A stretch of DNA of 64,000 nucleotides from Bacteroidales bacterium (GTDB taxonomy: Bacteria; Bacteroidota; Bacteroidia; Bacteroidales; WCHB1-69), in contig JAGOKS010000001.1 of assembly GCA_017994425.1 (NCBI GenBank), positions 1,294 to 65,293 of the forward strand, written 5' to 3'. Under the pieces are notes generated by a model. The model searched no databases. It saw only the letters and a program-made list of their open reading frames with translations, and was not told where the DNA came from. Position numbers and translations under genes: made by a program. Positions 9,370 through 20,758 of the stretch are shown piece after piece. Each line of letters starts with the position of its first letter. Within the stretch, counting starts at the first letter, position 1.

Positions 9370-11829
9370 CTACCTCAGTTTTGCTCCCAATTCTTTTTCA
9401 TAAGCAATAATTAATCGATCCATAATGGCATTAATTTCTTCATTGGTAAGTGTTTTCTTAGTATCTGACAGTACAAAACTTACGGCATACGATTTTTTTC
9501 CTTCTTCCAAGTTTTCTCCTTCGTACACATCGAATAAATTAACAGCTTTAAGATAAGGCTTAGCCGTTTTATAAGCCAATTTTTCAACCTCCTCATACGT
9601 AACATGCTTGTCTAATAACAACGCCAAATCACGATGAACTTCAGGGTATTTATTTAATTCTTTGAACATAATCTTTTTTCTTTCGGAAAGATTGATTAAT
9701 GCATCACAGTCCACTTCGGCAAAATAGACTTTCTGTTTGATTCCAAAAACTTTTATAACAGTAGGGTGAACTTCTCCTATTGTAATAATAGTTTGATTAT
9801 TGATGGTATATGTCAATACTTGTTGGAAAGATCCTTCATTTTTACCGATAACAAGTGAAAATTTATTTACATTAAAATTATTCTTTTGTAATACATTTAA
9901 AATAATATTTTTCAAATAAAAGAAATCCAAATCATTGGCTTTGTTTTGCCAAGAATCTTCGTGTTGTTTCCCGCTGACAAAGAGAGCTAAATGATTATGA
10001 TAAGGGAACCGTTCAATCACCGTATCTTTTTTTGTTTTGCTGCAATCCTTTCTATAAACTGATCCGAATTCATACAAGCGAAGATTAAAATTAGAACGAT
10101 TGATATTGTTTATGATACTTTCCAATCCACCGAACAATAGGGTTTGACGCATGTTTTGAAGGTCTTTACTCAATGGATTCATCAATGAAATGGTTTCTTG
10201 TTTATTGATAAAATCGAAATTTGCATATTCGCTTTTTGTTAACGAATTATTCATAATTTCGTAAAAGCCATTATTACTTAAATAATTAGAAATGCTTTCT
10301 TTCAATTCAATAAGTGGACTTTCCACAATAGCAGAAGGTGTATAGGTAAAATTTTGCTTGAGTTCAATATTATTATACCCATAAATTCGAAGAAATTCTT
10401 CAATGACATCGGCTTCACGTGTAACATCAGTTTTATTAGTAGGGATAAGAATGGAAATGTTTTCGTTCGTTTCATTTAAAATTTTCATTTCCAAAGATGT
10501 AAGTATTTCTTTTACTATTTCTCTTTCAATTTCTTTTCCAATAAGCGTATTTAATCGTTTATAGGATAGAGTAACTTCTTTTTCCTTTATAATAGTAGGA
10601 TATATATCGGTAATATCGGAAATTGTTCCTCCGGCAATTTTTTGGATCAAGAGTGCAGCACGTTTTAAAGCATATAGACAGATGTTTGGATCACAGCCGC
10701 GTTCGAAACGAAAAGAAGCATCAGTTTTTATTCCATGATATTTCGATGTTTTACGTATATTGACGGGATTGAAATAAGCACTTTCGAGAAATACATCCGT
10801 TGTTGCTTGATTAATTCCTGAATCTTCTCCTCCCATTACACCTGCAATACACATTGGTTGAACTGTATTACAAATCATTAAGTCATTTTCACTGAGTTTT
10901 CTTTCTATCCCGTCAAGACTCAAAAAGGGAGTATCCTTTGCAACTTTTTGAATGATAACATGATTCCCTTTTATGTGTTTAGCATCAAATGCATGGAGAG
11001 GTTGCCCCATTTCAAACAATACAAATTGAGTTATATCAACAATATTGTTAATAGGACGAATACCAATGGCGTATAATTTTGTTTTCAACCATGTGGGAGA
11101 TTCCTCTACTTTTACACCAGCAATATGCAAACCTGTATACCTAGGACAAGCCATGGTATCTGCTACTGAAATTTGAATTATATTTTTTGGTGAATTAACA
11201 GGAAAATCGTTCACTTCAGGATAATTAAGTTTTATTTTCTCTGGATAATGCGTATTGATATAAGCCACTAAATCGCGTGCAACTCCTATATGAGAAGTTG
11301 CATCGCTACGATTAGGTGTAAGTCCGATTTCGAAAACAATGTCTGTAGTAACGTTAAAATAATGTTGAGCAGGAGTGCCAATTTCCGGATAATCACTCAA
11401 CACCATGATACCTGCATGTGAATCTCCAATTCCCAATTCGTCTTCGGCACAAATCATCCCTTCGGAAACAATGTCTCTTATTTTTGATTTTTGTATAGTA
11501 AAAGGTTCTTTATTCATAGGATATAAAACAGCACCTACACATGCGACCACTACATGCTGGCCTACTGCCACATTATTTGCTCCACAAACAATTTGCAATA
11601 AGTTTTCTTGTCCAATATCAACATTAGTTACATGAAGTCTATCAGCATTTGGATGTTTTTCGCATGTTATTACTTTCCCAATACACACATTTTTTAGTCC
11701 CCCTTTTATACTTTCAAATGCATGTATTCCTTCTATTTCCAATCCAATGCCAGTAAGTATTTCTGACAATTTTTCAACACTTATATCTATATTGATATAT
11801 TCTTTAAGCCAGTTATATGAAATTTCCAT
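9370..11829 (-). CDS. pheT: Phenylalanine--tRNA ligase beta subunit
   Basis: 819 aa. MEISYNWLKEY start, tRNA-binding domain (HPNADRL), B3/4 and B5 domains, and a C-terminal anticodon-binding domain (KSYAVSFVL). Confidence 0.95.
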   Translation of the reverse strand: MEISYNWLKEYINIDISVEKLSEILTGIGLEIEGIHAFESIKGGLKNVCIGKVITCEKHPNADRLHVTNVDIGQENLLQIVCGANNVAVGQHVVVACVGAVLYPMNKEPFTIQKSKIRDIVSEGMICAEDELGIGDSHAGIMVLSDYPEIGTPAQHYFNVTTDIVFEIGLTPNRSDATSHIGVARDLVAYINTHYPEKIKLNYPEVNDFPVNSPKNIIQISVADTMACPRYTGLHIAGVKVEESPTWLKTKLYAIGIRPINNIVDITQFVLFEMGQPLHAFDAKHIKGNHVIIQKVAKDTPFLSLDGIERKLSENDLMICNTVQPMCIAGVMGGEDSGINQATTDVFLESAYFNPVNIRKTSKYHGIKTDASFRFERGCDPNICLYALKRAALLIQKIAGGTISDITDIYPTIIKEKEVTLSYKRLNTLIGKEIEREIVKEILTSLEMKILNETNENISILIPTNKTDVTREADVIEEFLRIYGYNNIELKQNFTYTPSAIVESPLIELKESISNYLSNNGFYEIMNNSLTKSEYANFDFINKQETISLMNPLSKDLQNMRQTLLFGGLESIINNINRSNFNLRLYEFGSVYRKDCSKTKKDTVIERFPYHNHLALFVSGKQHEDSWQNKANDLDFFYLKNIILNVLQKNNFNVNKFSLVIGKNEGSFQQVLTYTINNQTIITIGEVHPTVIKVFGIKQKVYFAEVDCDALINLSERKKIMFKELNKYPEVHRDLALLLDKHVTYEEVEKLAYKTAKPYLKAVNLFDVYEGENLEEGKKSYAVSFVLSDTKKTLTNEEINAIMDRLIIAYEKELGAKLR

Positions 11830-11838
11830 TTGTTTATA

Positions 11839-12726
11839 TTATTTAATTCTTCTTGATTTTAATATATATATACGGGAATTAATATTTTTATATTTTCTCT
11901 TTTGTGTTTTAGAATAATCATTTACAGGACGTAGGTTTCCTAATTGCTTTTTGCGTCTATATACCTTATGTGTTTGATCAACTCCCATAGCTGAGAATCC
12001 GTAATTACCAGATTGTTTAAAGCTTCTTCGTATCGATGATCTTTGAAACGATGGAAAATCAAAGGCATATTGAAAGCCAAGTGAAGCATACGAAAATCCT
12101 TCAAACTTTTTATAATCTGATGCATACGCATCATATTTATCATTGGCAACCCACCGATACATGAGGTCAAACGTAAATTTCCAGTCATCAGTAATATTAT
12201 AAGAAAATCCTAAACCAAAAGGGATGGAAAAGGCATACGTAAATTGCTGAGGTTTTGGTTGAATAATCAGATTGGTTTCAGAATTTGACAGAGTAGTTTT
12301 GAAAGCATACAATCCTAAGCCGGCATGAATGTTTAAATGCCAATCGTATAAATCGGTAAAAGCAAAAACATCAAATGAATTCAATAAACTAAATTCATGA
12401 GTATAATATGATTTAAATTTAAGGGATAAATCATTACTTTCATTTTGAATATTACCATATAAAGCATTGAATCTCAAATTCCAGAAAGGAAATATATCGT
12501 TGCCGATTGAAAATTGATACATAAAGTTTCTATTTTGGTAAAAATCCTTCGTAAATGGATCGCTAATCAACAATTTATTTTTTGTATTGGAGACATCTCC
12601 AAAAAAATTATTAATCCCTGCATGTAAACTCACATTCCAGTTTTTTTTCTTACTGCCATAATATTGAGCCATCCCTATCTGTACAGAGACACATATAAAA
12701 CACAATATGCAGTAAATATTTTTCAT
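11839..12726 (-). CDS. Hypothetical outer-membrane beta-barrel-like protein with a basic C-terminal tail
   Basis: 295 aa. Signal peptide (MKNIYCILCFICVSVQIGMAQ), alternating-hydrophobic strands, then a K/R-rich tail. Confidence 0.6.
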   Translation of the reverse strand: MKNIYCILCFICVSVQIGMAQYYGSKKKNWNVSLHAGINNFFGDVSNTKNKLLISDPFTKDFYQNRNFMYQFSIGNDIFPFWNLRFNALYGNIQNESNDLSLKFKSYYTHEFSLLNSFDVFAFTDLYDWHLNIHAGLGLYAFKTTLSNSETNLIIQPKPQQFTYAFSIPFGLGFSYNITDDWKFTFDLMYRWVANDKYDAYASDYKKFEGFSYASLGFQYAFDFPSFQRSSIRRSFKQSGNYGFSAMGVDQTHKVYRRKKQLGNLRPVNDYSKTQKRKYKNINSRIYILKSRRIK

Positions 12727-12900
12727 TAATATATTGTATACCTTTCTAAATCTAGTTCTTTCTTAAAAATAAATTTATAATTTTATTAATCTACAAAATT
12801 AAATAAAAAAACAATGAGAAGGCGTATGTTTATTCACATTCGCAATATTAAAGTGATATAAAATTGTTTCTAACGGACGAAAACGTGGAAAAAAATGAAT

Positions 12901-12938
12901 AAAAATAAAAAACGGAAAGATTTTTTAACATCTTTCCG
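12901..12938 (-). terminator. Rho-independent terminator
   Basis: cggaaagat (12913-12921) pairs with atctttccg (12930-12938). On the minus strand it is followed by ttttttatttt. It lies ~50 nt downstream of the 12989 stop. Confidence 0.6.
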
Positions 12939-12988
12939 CAACAATAACAATTAAATAGTACAACAAAACCAGGAGTTTTCAGAATATA

Positions 12989-13789
12989 CTATGACTGAGT
13001 ATACACATATTGAACAATTTTAAAAACTCTATCATTCGTTAATCCGGAATGTTTCTTTGCTCTTTCAATAGAATATCCTTGATTTTTATAATGTAAAAAC
13101 AATCGGAATGCCAAGCATAATGATTGGATGGCATCTTCGTTTTTTATAGCCAAATTCAGATGAGAATTTATTTTTTGATTATCCCGCAAACGACACCAGT
13201 TGACAAAATCATCGAGATATATCAAAGCTTTTTCTTTTAAAAAAGAATAATATATGCTATTTTCATAGTCTTTTGATAACTGACTTAATTGATAGATGTT
13301 TGATAAACATTCTCTTCCTTTTACTTTTTCAAATTCTTGAATGACTAAATCAACAGATTTATTTTTCTTAATAAGAATTTCATTATAAATAAAAAAAGTA
13401 TAAAGATTTAAATCAATTTGTATTTCGGGAAATAAATCAAAAGCTTCTCTTTGTTGTTTCACTCCTTCCATTAATTTGGTTGCCATTGTTTTTTCTTTTG
13501 CAATTTCAAAATCTAACGATTTTTGTTTTAGCTCATCCATAAGAATAGGAATCGCTTCGTTTATATTTTCAGTTACATCAAAAATACTCCAAATCAATTT
13601 TATGTATTTACTCGATAAGGGTAATCCGAAATAAGATAGAATTTCTTTTTCCGCTTTTACTTTTTGTATATATTTCTCGCCATCTTTGGTAGGACCTCCT
13701 CCAAGAGTTAACTCTGTATTTATACGATAATAATTCTTAATAATGTCCTTAATAGTGTAAATATTCTCCATAACATTTCGATATGTCAT
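12989..13789 (-). CDS. Hypothetical protein (no recognisable domain)
   Basis: 266-aa ORF, helical-looking and K/E/I-rich. It is isolated by ~260 bp and ~160 bp AT-rich spacers and has its own terminator. Confidence 0.6.
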   Translation of the reverse strand: MTYRNVMENIYTIKDIIKNYYRINTELTLGGGPTKDGEKYIQKVKAEKEILSYFGLPLSSKYIKLIWSIFDVTENINEAIPILMDELKQKSLDFEIAKEKTMATKLMEGVKQQREAFDLFPEIQIDLNLYTFFIYNEILIKKNKSVDLVIQEFEKVKGRECLSNIYQLSQLSKDYENSIYYSFLKEKALIYLDDFVNWCRLRDNQKINSHLNLAIKNEDAIQSLCLAFRLFLHYKNQGYSIERAKKHSGLTNDRVFKIVQYVYTQS

Positions 13790-13948
13790 CTTATACGCTA
13801 AGGAGGATAAAAAAGTTATATTTAATTTAAAAATTTATGACTATTATAAAAAATAAATAACTTAATTTATATAAATATTTTACTTCAAATGAACATTTTT
13901 GTGTTTTTAATGTTTTTTCATATAAAATACACTAAAAAACATCAAAAA

Positions 13949-14599
13949 ATGAATAACATAAAATTAGTCTTTATTGTAGGTGTTCTTTTATTTATTTCAT
14001 GTAGTTCTGATAATGTAAAACATGAAATAGCTACTACTGCTACAGATAAAAAGAACGCTACGATAGAAACCATAATGAATCGCAGAAGTGTAAGGTCATA
14101 TAAAACAGAGCAAATCAAACAAGAGGAATTAGATAAAATTTTAGAATGTGGTATTAATGCTCCGAGTGCACGTAATTTGCAACCATGGGCAATACGGGTT
14201 ATACAATCGGAAGACATAATAAATAAATTAAACACTGATTTTATTAATTTCACACAAGAAAGCTCTACTTCTGCCTCTGCTAACACTTCCGAACGTCATG
14301 TTTTATTTGGAGCACCTACTTTTATATTGATAGCCGGTGATACTAATAATGCTTATGCTGAAAATGATTGCGGAATGTTGGCACAAAACATCTTACTTGC
14401 AGCAGAATCGATGGATATCGGCACCTGTGTGCTGGGAGGAATAGTTCGATTCATCAACGGTCCAAAAGGAATTGATTTCCGCGCTAAACTTGATTTGCCA
14501 AATAATTATCAGTTATTTATTGGAATAGTCATGGGATATAAAAATGAATATCCAAGCGCTAAACCGAGAGAAAAAACAAAAATTAAAATTATTTCTTAA
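13949..14599 (+). CDS. Nitroreductase family protein with lipoprotein-type signal
   Basis: RRSVRSY...APSARNLQPW nitroreductase motifs. The start is moved to MNNIKLVFIVGVLLFISC (13949) rather than the longer 13889 ORF. Confidence 0.8.
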   Translation: MNNIKLVFIVGVLLFISCSSDNVKHEIATTATDKKNATIETIMNRRSVRSYKTEQIKQEELDKILECGINAPSARNLQPWAIRVIQSEDIINKLNTDFINFTQESSTSASANTSERHVLFGAPTFILIAGDTNNAYAENDCGMLAQNILLAAESMDIGTCVLGGIVRFINGPKGIDFRAKLDLPNNYQLFIGIVMGYKNEYPSAKPREKTKIKIIS

Positions 14600-14642
14600 T
14601 TTATTTATTTTAAAAACTTAAATACTTTAGAGCATAAAAGGC

Positions 14643-14671
14643 GAGAAGCTATCCTTCTAAGATAGCTTCTC
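14643..14671. terminator. Bidirectional hairpin between convergent genes
   Basis: gagaagctatc (14643-14653) pairs with gatagcttctc (14661-14671), an 11-bp perfect stem. Confidence 0.5.
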
Positions 14672-14711
14672 TGTTAAAACTTTTAAACCAATGAAAAAAA
14701 CTCAAAATTAA

Positions 14712-14966
14712 TTAAGCCATTCTATTTAATTTAATCATTAATCCTGATTTTAAATTAGCGGCTTTGTTTTTGTGTATCACACCTTTTTTTGCAACTTTAT
14801 CAATAAGTGAATTAATTGTAGGTATCTTTGATTTTAACTCTGATGTATCACTTAAATTACGTGCTTTCTTGAGTGCATTACGCATTGTTTTTGCCCAATA
14901 ACGATTTTCTAAACGTCTTTTTTCGTTTTGTCTGATTCGTTTCAGTGCTGATTTATGATTTGCCAT
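14712..14966 (-). CDS. rpsT: 30S ribosomal protein S20
   Basis: 84 aa; MANHKSALKRIRQNEKRRLENR is the canonical bS20 N-terminus. Confidence 0.95.
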   Translation of the reverse strand: MANHKSALKRIRQNEKRRLENRYWAKTMRNALKKARNLSDTSELKSKIPTINSLIDKVAKKGVIHKNKAANLKSGLMIKLNRMA

Positions 14967-15097
14967 TATTATTAATGTTTACAAAATTAATCTCTGATTT
15001 TTTAGGCTGCAAAAGTACAATTTTTTTTGATACAATATACCATTTTTTCAGAATTTTATAAAAATTATTTAAACTTTTAATACTGAAACAAATATAT

Positions 15098-16201
15098 TTA
15101 CTCCAACATTAAACTCATATATGGATGACCAAACGGAAAGCAATGAAATTCAGAGCTTAAATTTTTAATTTGATAGCCTGTTAATAATGTAGATAACAAA
15201 TTAATATCAATAATCCTAACATTCGTTTTTAATTTTGGGATAGACCCTAGATTCGTTTTTATACTTTCACCGTTTTTTATCACATAATAGCCACTATTTG
15301 ATATCATTTGATTATCTATAAGCGAAAAATGAAATGAAATTTCAGGATGAACTTTAGCAAAGAGATGTAACATAAAATCAGGGTCAATTATTCTTAACAT
15401 TCCCTTATTACAACACTTTCCATTTTCTACACATGGATTTCTTATTATAATATCGTTTTTCGGATAAGCTTTTATAATATAATTGAGCAATGCATTTTTA
15501 CTTGTTTGATTTGAAACTATCATATCTTTTACAATGATCGACTGATTATTTTGTGAAATAAAACATAATCCATAGATTACATTCTCTTTACAAACAGTTA
15601 TTATTTCACCTTTTTCCAATGTATAAAAAGTAATGATAGCATCAAAATCAGCACGATTTTTTTGAACACAGAGATTTTGTTTTAAAAAATAAGCTGTATA
15701 AAAATGGAAGGCTGTATCAATATTTTTATTTTCTGAACATACCGGAATAATTTCGTAATCATTGAAAGTATCATAACCTGTATAGGATTGCAAAACTTGA
15801 TTGCTGTATTCAAAAGTTTCTGAATAGCCTAATTGCTCATAATATGCAATCAACCAAGGTTCTTGCGGAATTAATATACTAATTGGAATATTTCTTTTTT
15901 GCATTTCATAAAAAGCAAATGTAAGTAACCGTTTCATAATTCCCTTTTTTCGGAATGCCGGCAAAGTAGCAGCCCCTGAAATATAAGCAGTTGGAACAAT
16001 GTGATGATAATATGTAAAATGATATGGCAACATTTGAAGACAAGCTACAGCCTTTCCATCTTCAAGATATACGAGTGTGTTTTCGTTTTTGTATTTTGTA
16101 TCGAAATAAAAGTCGGTAAAGTTTTCCGAATCATCTGGAAAACAAATTTTCCAGATTTTTTTTACCTTTACTTTTAGGATATCGTCAGCATAAACAATCA
16201 T
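15098..16201 (-). CDS. GNAT family acetyltransferase, Eis-like (GNAT plus C-terminal SCP2-like region)
   Basis: 367 aa. GNAT motif A region LPAFRKKGIMKRLL, with the length and layout of Eis-type enzymes. Confidence 0.65.
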   Translation of the reverse strand: MIVYADDILKVKVKKIWKICFPDDSENFTDFYFDTKYKNENTLVYLEDGKAVACLQMLPYHFTYYHHIVPTAYISGAATLPAFRKKGIMKRLLTFAFYEMQKRNIPISILIPQEPWLIAYYEQLGYSETFEYSNQVLQSYTGYDTFNDYEIIPVCSENKNIDTAFHFYTAYFLKQNLCVQKNRADFDAIITFYTLEKGEIITVCKENVIYGLCFISQNNQSIIVKDMIVSNQTSKNALLNYIIKAYPKNDIIIRNPCVENGKCCNKGMLRIIDPDFMLHLFAKVHPEISFHFSLIDNQMISNSGYYVIKNGESIKTNLGSIPKLKTNVRIIDINLLSTLLTGYQIKNLSSEFHCFPFGHPYMSLMLE

Positions 16202-16207
16202 AGATGT

Positions 16208-17101
16208 TTATTTTAAAGTAGCTAGGTATTTTTTTAATAGAATAGACGGATAATAAGAAAGTTTAGCCTGACGTAAACCGGGGTCATTGACATCTTCTTC
16301 TCGATTAACATATAAATAGTTTTGCATTTCATGTTCTACAAATTGTTGATTAATCATTGCATAAGAGCCATGATATTCTTTTAATGCTTTTTCAATTTGT
16401 ACATCAAATACTTTATTGTTCAATGCTTTACCGAGTGTAAAAGCTACTATTCTCCCTTCAACACGTAATACGCCCCCTTTCATATCTAATCGATCAAAAA
16501 TGCTCAATGCTAACTCAGCAGCACAGCTTTCTTGTTCCATTAAACAATTATCCGGGCCACAATCGTTTTCTTCTATCCATAATTGAAGTACTTCCAAACA
16601 CTCCGGAATGTCATCTTTGGTAAGACCCGTATAAGAATACTGGTAGTTTTTTTTAAATCTATTAATATGATTACGTTTTGCTTGATATTTCTTACCTTTT
16701 AAATGCAATAAATTATCAACAAGATATATATAGTCAAAATTATCACGTTTTTCTTCAAATTCAAATTGATTTGGGTATAGTGATTCCAATACATTTTTCA
16801 TTTCATCGGTCAGGTACACCATTTTAAACGTTTGTTTATTTTTTTTTGCGAATATTATTAATGTATCTATTGCCGTTTTAACATCCCCTTTCCCTATTGG
16901 AAAATTATATAAAGGAGAATCTTTATCTTTCAAGACAGCAAGAATCAGCATATCATTAATAAATGTATAATGTGGTAAAAAGACTTCGTTCCACAGTATC
17001 ATATTGGAAAAACTCCAATTACATAAAAGGTGAGGATTTTCATATAAACGAGGCTCTAAAAGAGATTTATCAGATAAAGTTACGGGAATAAATTGAAGCA
17101 T
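16208..17101 (-). CDS. DUF2156 (MprF C-terminal, lysyl-PG-synthase-like) domain protein
   Basis: 297 aa. NFDYIYLVDNLLHLKGKKYQAKRNHINRFKK matches the family hallmark as I remember it. It lies 6 nt upstream of the GNAT gene. Confidence 0.65.
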   Translation of the reverse strand: MLQFIPVTLSDKSLLEPRLYENPHLLCNWSFSNMILWNEVFLPHYTFINDMLILAVLKDKDSPLYNFPIGKGDVKTAIDTLIIFAKKNKQTFKMVYLTDEMKNVLESLYPNQFEFEEKRDNFDYIYLVDNLLHLKGKKYQAKRNHINRFKKNYQYSYTGLTKDDIPECLEVLQLWIEENDCGPDNCLMEQESCAAELALSIFDRLDMKGGVLRVEGRIVAFTLGKALNNKVFDVQIEKALKEYHGSYAMINQQFVEHEMQNYLYVNREEDVNDPGLRQAKLSYYPSILLKKYLATLK

Positions 17102-17190
17102 AAAAAGATTAATATAATAAAACTTTTATTAGTAAATACTTTTAAAACGCGAAAATTTCTATTTTGTTTACTCATTACCTTAAAAAGTGC

Positions 17191-17198
17191 TACCTTTG
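17191..17198 (+). promoter_or_regulatory. -7 box TAnnTTTG (tacctttg) for thiC
   Basis: 45 nt upstream of the thiC ATG. Confidence 0.5.
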
Positions 17199-17209
17199 CA
17201 AATACATAA

Positions 17210-18964
<1,755 letters not shown>

Positions 18965-18989
18965 TTATTGTTTGATTCTGACCGAATAT

Positions 18990-19205
18990 TTATAAAGGAT
19001 TCTTTTCACCACAAATAATATAAATTGTATCTTCTTCTGTTATTTTTTTCGTGTTAAATTCTTCACACATTTGCGGATTATCAATGCTCTTTTCATATTC
19101 ATTAATAATAGTTTCTCCTTTATATTCTTTACAAGTGCATTCATGTTCTTCACAGGAAACAAATAAAAAAACACATAATAACAGTAAGATTGTGTTTATC
19201 TTCAT
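18990..19205 (-). CDS. Small hypothetical lipoprotein
   Basis: 71 aa. MKINTILLLLCVFLFVSCEEHE has a signal plus lipobox Cys, and the mature part is Cys-rich. Confidence 0.5.
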   Translation of the reverse strand: MKINTILLLLCVFLFVSCEEHECTCKEYKGETIINEYEKSIDNPQMCEEFNTKKITEEDTIYIICGEKNPL

Positions 19206-19371
19206 CTATTATCTTTATTTAAAATTACGGCAAAATTACATTATTTTTCGGCTTAAGTTTTAAATCTTTGAAAAAATAAAAAAAATCAAACTCAAGAAGA
19301 ATATATTTCTCAAGCATACAATAAATTATGCAGCATATCTTTCTTCTTATTTTTTAGAAAAAACGCACTTA

Positions 19372-20754
19372 TTAAATCATCTGTTCCGGTTTTACCCATT
19401 CACAGAACTGTTCTTTTGTTACTAAATTCAAGGCGATGGCAGCATCTTCCAATGTTAACTGATTAGCATCGGCATATTGAACAATTTTCGCTGTATTATA
19501 ATATCCGATATGCGGATTTAAAGCTGTTGCCAGCATAAGTGAATTATGAAGATGTTTTTCAATTGAACAAATGTTAGGAGTAATTCCTTCTAAGCAATTT
19601 TTTGTGAATGAAAGGCACATATCTGATAACAAATGAATTGACATTAAAATATTATAAGCAATCATGGGCATAAAAACATTTAACTGTAATTGACCTTGCA
19701 TACCTGCGATGGTAATCGCATGGTCATTACCTATAATTTTTGCACATACCATACACATCGCCTCACACTGTGTAGGATTTACTTTCCCCGGCATAATAGA
19801 AGATCCAGGTTCGTTTTGTGGGAGATTTATTTCACTTAAACCACAACGTGGTCCCGATGCGAGTAAACGTATGTCATTGGCTATCTTTGTCAGACTTACC
19901 GCTAATTGTTTCAATGCTCCCGAGGTTTCAACAAAGGCATCCTGTGAAGCAATTGCTTCATATTTATTTTCAGCAGCAATAAATGTTTGTTTAGTAAACA
20001 TATTGATATAATTAACACAAATTCTATCGTAACCTTTAGGCGCATTAATCCCTGTTCCAACTGCAGTACCACCAATAGGCAAATGTTGAAGGTGAAGTAA
20101 AGTATTTTTTAATGCACGAATACCAAAAGTCAATTGAGAAGAATAAGCTGAGAATTCGCTTCCAAGACGTAAAGGAGTAGCATCCATGAGATGCGTTCTT
20201 CCAATTTTTACTATATCTTTAAACTCTTTTGCTTTGAGAGCCAATGAGGCTTCCATTGTTTCTAAAGCAGGGATACACTTCTCCGTTAAAAGAATATAAG
20301 CTGCTAAACGCATAGCCGTTGGAAAAACATCATTAGTAGATTGAGATTTATTTACATCATCATTGGGAGAGATAAATCGTGTAGTATCATCCAAAGAACC
20401 TTTTAAAAGTAATTCTGCTCTATTTGTAATTACTTCATTGATATTCATATTTGTTTGAGTACCAGACCCTGTTTGCCAAACAACCAGCGGAAAATGTTCC
20501 ATTAAATCTAGATTACTAATTTCATCACAAACCTGAGCAATTATATTTCTTTTTTCCTCACTTAAAACGCCTAATTCACAATTAGCATAAGCTGCCGATT
20601 TTTTTACTATTGCTAACATTTGGATAATTTCCTTGGGCATATGAATATCTCCGATTTTAAAATTCATCAAGGAACGTTGTGTTTGTGCTCCCCAAAGTTT
20701 ATCGCTTTGGACTTCAACTTCTCCCATGCTGTCAAGTTCTATACGCTTTTTCAT
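19372..20754 (-). CDS. fumC: Fumarate hydratase, class II
   Basis: GSSIMPGKVNPTQCEAM signature and FPLVVWQTGSGTQTNMN. The start is set at MKKRIELDSMGEV (20754) because the longer ORF (to 20925) overlaps the upstream gene. Confidence 0.9.
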   Translation of the reverse strand: MKKRIELDSMGEVEVQSDKLWGAQTQRSLMNFKIGDIHMPKEIIQMLAIVKKSAAYANCELGVLSEEKRNIIAQVCDEISNLDLMEHFPLVVWQTGSGTQTNMNINEVITNRAELLLKGSLDDTTRFISPNDDVNKSQSTNDVFPTAMRLAAYILLTEKCIPALETMEASLALKAKEFKDIVKIGRTHLMDATPLRLGSEFSAYSSQLTFGIRALKNTLLHLQHLPIGGTAVGTGINAPKGYDRICVNYINMFTKQTFIAAENKYEAIASQDAFVETSGALKQLAVSLTKIANDIRLLASGPRCGLSEINLPQNEPGSSIMPGKVNPTQCEAMCMVCAKIIGNDHAITIAGMQGQLQLNVFMPMIAYNILMSIHLLSDMCLSFTKNCLEGITPNICSIEKHLHNSLMLATALNPHIGYYNTAKIVQYADANQLTLEDAAIALNLVTKEQFCEWVKPEQMI

Positions 20755-20758
20755 AGCA

